The notes under the pieces were generated by a model. That model saw nothing but the letters and a program-made list of their open reading frames with translations, was not told where the DNA came from and did not search any database. Made by a program: the position numbers and the translations under genes. A stretch of 64,000 nt of DNA. Source: a virus. Positions 56,741 through 64,000 of this stretch are shown piece after piece. The DNA lies in the IMG/VR virus record IMGVR_UViG_3300047478_000138, positions 1 through 64,000 of that record. One strand, 5' to 3'. The first letter of the stretch is position 1. Every line of letters begins with the position of its first letter.

Positions 56741-59407
56741 TTACTCTGCTAATGTTGCTAATTTAGCTTCAATAGTAGCTAAATCTGCATGGTTTGGTAA
56801 AGTTACCATGTGGGATTGATCGTATCCAAAATCACACTCCGCTCGTAAGTGTACTGTTTGGTCATGTAGAAAGTCCTGTACCATAATTGGTATAAGATGA
56901 TCGTTCAACCACTTGATTGCTTCTGGTGTGTCATCCAATTCATAGTAAAGAGCGTCATGAATAATGTTCAGTCCCTGGATATTGTGTGGATTGCCGTTAG
57001 CTAAGTATGCATTACGAAAGTTAATTGCCGCAATTAAAGTTAAGTCAGAATACCCCTGAAAGTTAGCGTTGTTCAATGCTAATAAGTCTCGCTTAGGATC
57101 GTCCGAGTAAACTCGTAGACCCCAATTAAGGTGCAGATACTTCTGTTTACGAGAAGTTGGTATCACATACTCGTCACGAAATTGTGCTACTCCAGGATAT
57201 AGTTCCCCATGATAACGGTCAAATATCTCTTGTGTGATAGAACCTCCCTTATGTGCATCAGGAAAACCCCCATAAGCGAGTTTGAAGGTGCAGGGTTTGC
57301 TGTCATTACGCAATTGCTTCGCTCGTTTATTGGTATCTGTTAAATCGTAGCAAAGTTTATTGTACTGTATAGTATTCTCAAATGGTTGCTGTGTTGTGTC
57401 TTCCCACTGCTCTTTGAAAAAGATAGTTGAATGAAGAGTGTGCATATCCCACATAAGTCCAGTTTCTGGGTCAGAACTTAATAACTTGATAGTTGTTGGG
57501 TCCTTGGTTAGACAAGCATTGATGTGGTTCTCTAATCCATTATAATCAACTGCTGCAAGTATACGTCCAGGAGGTGCTATGAACATAGACTTAACTGTCT
57601 TGCCATATACTTTGTGTCCAACAGGTTGTGTAACTCCATTAGCTCCTAGTTGATGCTTAACTGATTCGTCTAGTTTGTCTCCACCGGCTTTGCCAGATAA
57701 GCGTCCGGTGAAAGTTCCAAAAAGCTTAAGTGCATAATGTAATCGTCCATCTACAGTTGATCCGAAATACTTCGGAATATACTGAGTAATCATGTTCTTC
57801 GATTGTGCAATTTCCAGATAGTGCTTGATGATCTGCTGTACGTCGCCAGTAGTGGTGTGTTGCAAGCGCTCAAGTACCTTGCCTGAAAATGATGGTTGGC
57901 CGGTATCCTTAGAGATTTCATCAGATTCAAGTCCAAAATTCATCCACATCTTCGTAAGTTGTGAGTAATTCCATGGATTGAATCCAAGAGTTAGATAATT
58001 CTGTGGATTGGCTACTTTGTCAATACGATTGTTATCTAGATTTTGCTGATGTGCCTTCTGTTCTGCGAAAAGATTGCATGCCACTACAATGTTTGGATGA
58101 TCGTACTGCTTGTTAATGAGTGGTTGTACTAGCGGATCTGTAATAGACTTCAATTCCTTGTCAGATAATGTTGTATAAGTAGATCCGGTTAAATGGTTTA
58201 CTACAAATGCTCGCATCGCTGGATTAGATTGATAGCCTATATACTTAGGATGCGCCCAAACTTTATGAATAGGGGCAAGGAATTTATCTATGCGTTCCTG
58301 ATCAATTACTGATTGAAAGTCCTGTACAAGTTTGTATGAGTTAATTGATTCAAGAGTAAGCTTATTGAATGCTTCAACCTCTCCTAATAGCTTAGTAACT
58401 TTAGCCAAATCAATTGCTTGACCTGTGTTCAACATCTCTATAATAACTGGTATTGCAGGCTTGAGAATGAAGTCGTAGTAATAACGTTGGTTAAATTGCT
58501 CAGTGTTGTGTCTAGGTTCGCTAGTCTGCGAGATCCATTCGGTCGGATATGCCGGTTCAAAGTCGTACTTAGACCAAACTAGGTGTGTAGCACATGCGTC
58601 AATTCCACAATAATAAATTAATGGTAGATTGTACATGTATGGAGTTGGATTAGAGCCAACATAATGCAAATTAGTATTTACATAATCAGAGGAATCAACA
58701 TACAAATCAAAAGAGGACTTATCTGTAGCCCAATCGAGATATGGGTACTTGGCAAGTTGCTTCAGACCGGTCTTGCGTTTGTCCGGATTAACATGATTAT
58801 GGTAAACTGCAGCAAGTAGCTGGGAGTCCTCGATGTTGTGCGGTAATTTGCCAGTATGGTAAATCAAAAAACGTGTGTCAAAAACGGCGTTGTGATATAC
58901 TTGTCGACACTGAGTGGTTACTAACCAATTCAGTACAAAATCACGAATGATGTCGTCTTTAAATACAATAACAACAGACTTAGTAAGATTCCATCCAATA
59001 GTTACCATAGTCAAATGATTGAACTGAGGTAAGGTAAGATCGCGTGCTTCAAAGTCTACTGCAATAGTTGTGTATGCTTGCTCAATGCCAATTAGCCATT
59101 CTGCTGCTATTGAAATATCATCAGTCCATGTTATCTGTGGTTTGATGTGCTGTGAAGCGATGACATCTGCAATAACTGATGCATTCGATATATCATCAAC
59201 ATACATACAGGAGTCTTTTAGTGGATAGTAATCCGTGATACACATATCCTTCAAATGATATGTGGAGTATCCTGATTCATTCCTTGGTAAGTCTCGTATG
59301 AAGCGTGTTGAAATCTCTATACCAGTTAGGTTGTAGCGATGCTGTAATTGAGCATGGACTTGCTGAATAATTCCAGGGATATGTTCTGTGAGGAGTAAGA
59401 TAGCCAT
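56741..59407 (-). CDS. DNA polymerase, family A (3'-5' exonuclease + polymerase)
   Basis: ExoI DFE, ExoII HNAVFD, ExoIII YCGIDA; TFTGRLS; motif A DYNGLE, motif B RNDSKPCTFKLAYG, motif C IHDALY. Confidence 0.93.
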   Translation of the reverse strand: MAILLLTEHIPGIIQQVHAQLQHRYNLTGIEISTRFIRDLPRNESGYSTYHLKDMCITDYYPLKDSCMYVDDISNASVIADVIASQHIKPQITWTDDISIAAEWLIGIEQAYTTIAVDFEARDLTLPQFNHLTMVTIGWNLTKSVVIVFKDDIIRDFVLNWLVTTQCRQVYHNAVFDTRFLIYHTGKLPHNIEDSQLLAAVYHNHVNPDKRKTGLKQLAKYPYLDWATDKSSFDLYVDSSDYVNTNLHYVGSNPTPYMYNLPLIYYCGIDACATHLVWSKYDFEPAYPTEWISQTSEPRHNTEQFNQRYYYDFILKPAIPVIIEMLNTGQAIDLAKVTKLLGEVEAFNKLTLESINSYKLVQDFQSVIDQERIDKFLAPIHKVWAHPKYIGYQSNPAMRAFVVNHLTGSTYTTLSDKELKSITDPLVQPLINKQYDHPNIVVACNLFAEQKAHQQNLDNNRIDKVANPQNYLTLGFNPWNYSQLTKMWMNFGLESDEISKDTGQPSFSGKVLERLQHTTTGDVQQIIKHYLEIAQSKNMITQYIPKYFGSTVDGRLHYALKLFGTFTGRLSGKAGGDKLDESVKHQLGANGVTQPVGHKVYGKTVKSMFIAPPGRILAAVDYNGLENHINACLTKDPTTIKLLSSDPETGLMWDMHTLHSTIFFKEQWEDTTQQPFENTIQYNKLCYDLTDTNKRAKQLRNDSKPCTFKLAYGGFPDAHKGGSITQEIFDRYHGELYPGVAQFRDEYVIPTSRKQKYLHLNWGLRVYSDDPKRDLLALNNANFQGYSDLTLIAAINFRNAYLANGNPHNIQGLNIIHDALYYELDDTPEAIKWLNDHLIPIMVQDFLHDQTVHLRAECDFGYDQSHMVTLPNHADLATIEAKLATLAE

Positions 59408-59643
59408 TACATTCCTCTCTTACGAAGTTCTTCTTCAAAATAAGGAATTGCTTCTATTCTCCGGTTGTCGCGTTTACACTTTGCAAGAGAAAATTGTATA
59501 TGAGATGTTTGCATATCTTCTATATACATTTCTCTGCCGTCTTTAGTTTCCCAAATTGGTTTAGCTTGTTTAAACGGTTGCTTTGGACAACTCATATAAT
59601 ATTCAAATTCGTTTGCTAAAGCTAATTCTGCATATTCTCCCAT
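59407..59643 (-). CDS. Hypothetical protein (WxTxDG...I.DM...H family)
   Basis: MGEYAE start; WETKDGREMYIEDMQTSHI. Confidence 0.6.
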   Translation of the reverse strand: MGEYAELALANEFEYYMSCPKQPFKQAKPIWETKDGREMYIEDMQTSHIQFSLAKCKRDNRRIEAIPYFEEELRKRGM

Positions 59644-59646
59644 TAC

Positions 59647-59865
59647 TTACTCCTCAAAATCAGGACTGTTGTAAAACTCAAGCAATTGTTCAAATTGCTG
59701 TGTGCCAATTGTGTTAATGAACTCTTGATAAGATACTGCATCAAATAATTGATTTAGTAAATTGTTGAGTAATTCATCATCACTTGAAATAGTGAGCATT
59801 AAGTTGCCTCCAGATTTCACTGATAAGTGTACATCTGAATATTTATAAGGTATTAATAATTGCAT
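59647..59865 (-). CDS. Hypothetical protein
   Basis: 72-aa ORF within a tightly packed operon. Confidence 0.55.
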   Translation of the reverse strand: MQLLIPYKYSDVHLSVKSGGNLMLTISSDDELLNNLLNQLFDAVSYQEFINTIGTQQFEQLLEFYNSPDFEE

Positions 59866-59868
59866 AAC

Positions 59869-60069
59869 TTATCTTTCATAATTAGAATTCTCTTGGATGA
59901 ATCCAAAATGTATTGCGAATCTAAGTAGTCGCATTGCGTCTTCTACCTCCATAGATTCATCATCAATAATTGAGTACATGATGTCTGTAAATAATAAATC
60001 GCTATTCTTGCATAATCGTACTGCATCTTGCCAATTTCCGTTGATGATGTTTGATTTAATGTCTTCCAT
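59869..60069 (-). CDS. Hypothetical protein
   Basis: INGNWQDA motif; 66 aa. Confidence 0.55.
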   Translation of the reverse strand: MEDIKSNIINGNWQDAVRLCKNSDLLFTDIMYSIIDDESMEVEDAMRLLRFAIHFGFIQENSNYER

Positions 60070-60078
60070 AAAATACTT

Positions 60079-61074
60079 CTATAAAGGTTGTGTACAAATT
60101 GTGTTGAACTGACAAAAATTGCATAAAACATATCTAGCAGGTTGAATGACTTCCTGGTCTCCAGGCTTGCCAGATTTGCGAATGAATGCACGGAACTCAG
60201 ATTCGTTGCTGAACTTAGAGCCACGTACAGTTGACATAGTGCCATTAGTTGGTGATACGCGCTGCAATTTGAATTCAGCAGGAATGTAGCCACGTTCGGA
60301 ATCGCTGCAATCAGGTAATGTGCCGTTTGCTAAATGCTCATGCAATTCGTTAGTATGCTCAATTAAGAATTCCTCTATCTCTTCATAAGGCAATAGTGGA
60401 AATCGGTGGAAGTTATCGATTGGATAGCGTTCCATGCCTCCACCGTCGTTGAGCATAAAGATAATGTCCCCCCAAGGATTGAGGTTAAGAGCGGAATTAA
60501 GCCAACGATAAACTGATAATTGAAATTGAAACTTAGTGTAAGTTGGAATAACTTGAAAACGTTCCTTCAGAGTTAATGAATTGTCTAGTGAATCAAGTAA
60601 CTTAATGTCATCCATGAGTTTCTTGTATGCATAATTGCTTACGTTCTTTAAATCCTTGATGGTGTTTACTTCATTATCAATTAAGTCAAATTTGCCATGA
60701 ACTAGGACTTCATTGATAAGTTTCTCAGAACGGATTTCCTGTGTGTATCCTCCATACCATGCTAATGCTTGCTCCAAAACTGAGTGCATTGCAGTACCTT
60801 TAGAAGACTTCATGATAGTTGCTACATCAATAGGTTCAGATGATGCGGAAGTTGGGTACTGGATCTTGTAAATGAGTTTACGCATAGGCGTCATAAAATC
60901 AGACACAGAAATGAAATTTGCAGTAGTCTGCTTGCCGTCATATTGAGCCGCGCAAAATATTGCAAAAATGGCTAATTCTCGTGGTATATTGGAGTTGTTT
61001 GTAAACCTTTGTCCATTAGGACCTATAAGTAAGTTAGATTGTTGTCCCTGTGACATTTGTGTTAGTGTGCTCAT
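60079..61074 (-). CDS. PD-(D/E)XK / Cas4-like exonuclease (N4 gp42-like)
   Basis: FTNNSNIP..LA, ISVS, GTAMHS, EIR, GKFDLI, DLK, Q.S.Y.WL, LPDC...CNFC.F..IC.Q. Confidence 0.85.
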   Translation of the reverse strand: MSTLTQMSQGQQSNLLIGPNGQRFTNNSNIPRELAIFAIFCAAQYDGKQTTANFISVSDFMTPMRKLIYKIQYPTSASSEPIDVATIMKSSKGTAMHSVLEQALAWYGGYTQEIRSEKLINEVLVHGKFDLIDNEVNTIKDLKNVSNYAYKKLMDDIKLLDSLDNSLTLKERFQVIPTYTKFQFQLSVYRWLNSALNLNPWGDIIFMLNDGGGMERYPIDNFHRFPLLPYEEIEEFLIEHTNELHEHLANGTLPDCSDSERGYIPAEFKLQRVSPTNGTMSTVRGSKFSNESEFRAFIRKSGKPGDQEVIQPARYVLCNFCQFNTICTQPL

Positions 61075-61087
61075 GTGAGTCCTTGGT

Positions 61088-61264
61088 TTATAATTTAATT
61101 TTAAACATCTTTTCTATACTACGTTTATGACGCTCTGACAAATCTTTTATTGGAATTGATTTACCATCTCGGGTTATCCATATTCCGTTATCTATATTTC
61201 GTTGAATAAAAGATTTATTGCTATAGTGTTCTGGTTGAGGCTCTCTATCAGATCCTAGACTCAT
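61088..61264 (-). CDS. 58-aa paralogue of 59407..59643 (not in ORF track)
   Basis: WITRDGKSIPIKDLSERHK; AAGGA RBS. Confidence 0.55.
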   Translation of the reverse strand: MSLGSDREPQPEHYSNKSFIQRNIDNGIWITRDGKSIPIKDLSERHKRSIEKMFKIKL

Positions 61265-61751
61265 GTAAGTCCTTTAAATAGTTAAAAATTGTATACATAA
61301 ATTCCGTTAAAGTTGAATTTAACTTAATTTTATGTTGATTTGCTTCGTAATAAGATTGTGCTGTTCCTCCAAATTTATATGACATCGCAGTCCAATCAAT
61401 TATCATATGAAGTACATCAAGTTCGGTAGTTGCTGATTCCCAATGATGTGTGTTGACTATGTAATGATGTTTCCAAGCTTGTTCAAAATCGGTTACATGG
61501 GATTGGTCATCAATTAATGGAAAGAATTTATTACGATATTGTGTGAATTCTTCTACTGAGAATTTGCTAATATCGTGATATCGAACTGCTTGATGTAGTC
61601 TTTGATAATTGTCTTCATTAGCAAAACATGGTGATTGTTTGCATGCTTCTGTAACTTCCTCGAATGCTTTAGCAATGTTTATGAAGTGCTCTTCCAAATA
61701 ATCACAATATGCTCGTGTTTGCTTGATATATTCATGTCCAATTAGTTGCAT
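61248..61751 (-). CDS. HD-superfamily protein (DUF5662-like)
   Basis: H...HDISKFS.EEF..Y...AWKHHY..N.HHWE...MIIDW.AMS. Confidence 0.75.
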   Translation of the reverse strand: MQLIGHEYIKQTRAYCDYLEEHFINIAKAFEEVTEACKQSPCFANEDNYQRLHQAVRYHDISKFSVEEFTQYRNKFFPLIDDQSHVTDFEQAWKHHYIVNTHHWESATTELDVLHMIIDWTAMSYKFGGTAQSYYEANQHKIKLNSTLTEFMYTIFNYLKDLHESRI

Positions 61752-61752
61752 G

Positions 61753-61992
61753 TTATTCCTTATTAACACATTGTATTGGGGGATGTACACATGCTTCAGT
61801 CCAAGATGAGTAATTATAACATACTGGTTGTTCTACAAAATTAGTGTTATCTGGGCTTATAATTTTTTCTACAAGTACATTGTGTTTACATATTATTTCC
61901 ACTTTATATCCTTTAGATAATATGTTGTTATAGTTCCACTTAGTTGCAAATAGTGCTGGGGTTAATAATAATAATAATAATACATATTTCAT
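61753..61992 (-). CDS. Small secreted protein with four Cys
   Basis: Signal peptide MKYVLLLLLLTPALFA. Confidence 0.55.
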   Translation of the reverse strand: MKYVLLLLLLTPALFATKWNYNNILSKGYKVEIICKHNVLVEKIISPDNTNFVEQPVCYNYSSWTEACVHPPIQCVNKE

Positions 61993-61993
61993 G

Positions 61994-62650
61994 TTAGTCC
62001 TTTAAAGTGTTTATAAATTCAAGTGGATATATTTCTTGAAACCAAGTTTCTATAGATTTAGCCCAATGCTTATCACCCTCAGTTTCTTCAAATTGGTCTA
62101 CTATATAATGCGATTCATCAATATCTTTAAATACACACCATTCGTTAGGCTTAGGAGACCAAAGTTTAACGATACTTCTGTCAAATTTTGGTATATGGAA
62201 TTTGGTTCCAGATAACATTTCAACATTTTCATAGTCTAATGATTTATTCCATTCAGGTAAGTCTTTAGTAAATCTTTTGAATTGATGAGGTCTTCCATCA
62301 TTTACTGTTACCCAATCCCCAACTTTAAATGTGGGTTCTTCTGGTTTGATACGCATAATGTCTGCTGTGTATAAATTAAACATTTTACCGGTTTGATCAC
62401 AAACGTCTATCCAATGCTCATAAGATTTATTGTAATTTGAATTCCATTGAATAATTTTACCTTCAGCCAATGCTTTACGAAATTCTACGTATTCATCGTT
62501 GATAATGTATATTGCTGTATCATCTTTCCATTTTACACCTATTGCAGGTACAAATTCTCCATGTGTTTCTGGGTATTTTGCTAATAGTTCTCCACCATTT
62601 AACCAGTAGTCAAATTCAGTTTTGTACTTTTTAATTAGTTCTTTGTTCAT
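61994..62650 (-). CDS. Hypothetical phage protein
   Basis: 218 aa; KPEEPTFKVGDWV, W.PKPNEWC.F. Confidence 0.6.
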   Translation of the reverse strand: MNKELIKKYKTEFDYWLNGGELLAKYPETHGEFVPAIGVKWKDDTAIYIINDEYVEFRKALAEGKIIQWNSNYNKSYEHWIDVCDQTGKMFNLYTADIMRIKPEEPTFKVGDWVTVNDGRPHQFKRFTKDLPEWNKSLDYENVEMLSGTKFHIPKFDRSIVKLWSPKPNEWCVFKDIDESHYIVDQFEETEGDKHWAKSIETWFQEIYPLEFINTLKD

Positions 62651-62665
62651 TATTTATTCCTTAGG

Positions 62666-62881
62666 TTATACACGTTTTAGATAATCTATAATTATTGCAA
62701 GCATACTTTTTTGACCTTGCAGATATAGAGTTGATTCATTCATAGAGTGTGTGCTAAAGTTATTATATACTTCTTGCAATTCTATAATAATTGAATCTAT
62801 ATCTTTTAAGTTACCGGCTAGTGAACATGCATGATTATCTGCTATTGAGTACCCGTAATTATCTAATATGTGTTCATTCAT
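62666..62881 (-). CDS. Hypothetical protein
   Basis: 71-aa ORF. Confidence 0.5.
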   Translation of the reverse strand: MNEHILDNYGYSIADNHACSLAGNLKDIDSIIIELQEVYNNFSTHSMNESTLYLQGQKSMLAIIIDYLKRV

Positions 62882-62882
62882 G

Positions 62883-63998
62883 TTAATCCTTTGGTTGTAA
62901 TTTGCTAAAATATTTAATCAATTGTGAACGATCAATTTGGTTAGAATTAAGAAAGTTGAGGGTTGCTTTCTGATTGTCGTCAGTTACATTCTTCATATTC
63001 ATGTAAGTGTATCCCGGTTTCATACCGAAGAAGGATACTAGCTCAGATAACTTGGCTTTGATTAAGTGGCGAATGAAACCTTTGTTGTCCGATTCCCACT
63101 TGATTGCTGGTTCAGCAGCTAGAAGTGACTTATCTACTGATACATTAGGCAACTTAGGCATAGCATGAGATGCTAGGATTTGGAACGGCTTAGATTTGAA
63201 AAAATCGCAAGCTTGTTTATACAGTTCCTCAGATGAATCAAACATAAGTATGCGATACTTAGAAGTTGTGATATCATCAAATACTGCTAATGCTTTGTGA
63301 TGTTCAGGCGAATAAATGATTGATACAGTGTTCATTGGTTTACTGTCGTCATATACCTGAATAAGTTCAACTGGATCAGTGAGTGTCTTCACATCGTAAA
63401 AAGTTACGCAACCACAGTTGCATTTGCTCCATTTGCGAATTAAACCAAGCGAGATGTCCTGTGATTTATACTCATATTCCCAAACCGGTCTACTTTCCAT
63501 GCATGGAACACCCTCAAATACTGTGTAATTGCTGATGTAGGGATTGTCAGTTAGGCTTGGTGATAATTTGCCGATACAAGGTACAAGAATTGGGTTAGAT
63601 GTACACGACTCCATACAGAAGTACTGTGCTAATAGATCATCTGGGTATTGCTTAATACACTGGTCTTTGCAAGATAGCTTATATTTAGCCCATTCATTAC
63701 TATACGGATTAACTTTATTCAGCATGCCGGAATAATCATATACAGTTGCTTGCTTGTTCCCGTACTTAGTAGATGCACGAAAGATAGATTGTAAGAATAA
63801 TGAATGAATCATAGTAGGAAGTAAATAAATAACAGTATCTGCTGATGGTATGTCCACACCAACAGTAAGCATACGACAATTTACAATAATTCCGTGGTCA
63901 GTTGATTCAAACCATTGTCTAACAGATTCAAGTTCGATTTTACTAAGCTTAGAATGAATTGCACGTACATTGGATGAATTAAAAGCAGTTACAATGCG
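62883..63998 (-). CDS. SF2 (RadD/YejH-like) helicase, C-terminal part; runs off the window
   Basis: Frame open to the window end: AIHSKL...IVNCRMLTVGVDIP...LFLQSIFRAS...VYDY.G, followed by a Cys-rich region. Confidence 0.8.
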   Translation of the reverse strand, partial: RIVTAFNSSNVRAIHSKLSKIELESVRQWFESTDHGIIVNCRMLTVGVDIPSADTVIYLLPTMIHSLFLQSIFRASTKYGNKQATVYDYSGMLNKVNPYSNEWAKYKLSCKDQCIKQYPDDLLAQYFCMESCTSNPILVPCIGKLSPSLTDNPYISNYTVFEGVPCMESRPVWEYEYKSQDISLGLIRKWSKCNCGCVTFYDVKTLTDPVELIQVYDDSKPMNTVSIIYSPEHHKALAVFDDITTSKYRILMFDSSEELYKQACDFFKSKPFQILASHAMPKLPNVSVDKSLLAAEPAIKWESDNKGFIRHLIKAKLSELVSFFGMKPGYTYMNMKNVTDDNQKATLNFLNSNQIDRSQLIKYFSKLQPKD

Positions 63999-64000
63999 TT

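Noticed and set aside
57900-58400. Intein in DNA polymerase
   Set aside because: The extra region lacks Cys/Ser-start and His-Asn-end motifs and LAGLIDADG blocks; it is more likely a thumb-domain insertion.
1-64000. CRISPR array, tRNA genes, integrase, or stop-codon reassignment
   Set aside because: No spaced repeats, cloverleafs or recombinase motifs seen by eye. Genes are intact under code 11 and all three stop codons are used; the only breaks are explained by introns or true splits.

Overview
A 64-kb piece of a lytic N4-like (Schitoviridae-type) podophage genome. The host is probably Campylobacterota (Sulfurimonas/Arcobacter-like). This is inferred from the TTAAG-N11-TATAAT promoters and the split class III RNR. 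The + strand block (1 to ~33.6 kb) carries a tail fibre, lysis cassette, portal, scaffold-like protein, major capsid, tail/ejection proteins and the virion RNA polymerase (vRNAP). The convergent - strand block (~33.6 to 64 kb) carries nucleotide metabolism genes (class Ia and class III RNR, MazG-like and DUF5664 hydrolases), HU, ligase, SF1 and SF2 helicases, SSB, a Sak4-like ATPase, primase parts, family A DNA polymerase and an exonuclease. Two group I introns with endonuclease ORFs interrupt nrdB and the SF1 helicase, and there are two free-standing homing endonucleases. The most striking observation is that the vRNAP locus is three consecutive genes (2497+408+1356 aa) with only four cysteines in total by manual read. 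All four sit at the facing ends of the junctions (...CK-stop / M-x-C...), which suggests head-to-tail disulfide stitching of an ejected polyprotein. Several unannotated micro-ORFs also start M-A-C. All calls come from manual motif reading; no searches were run.
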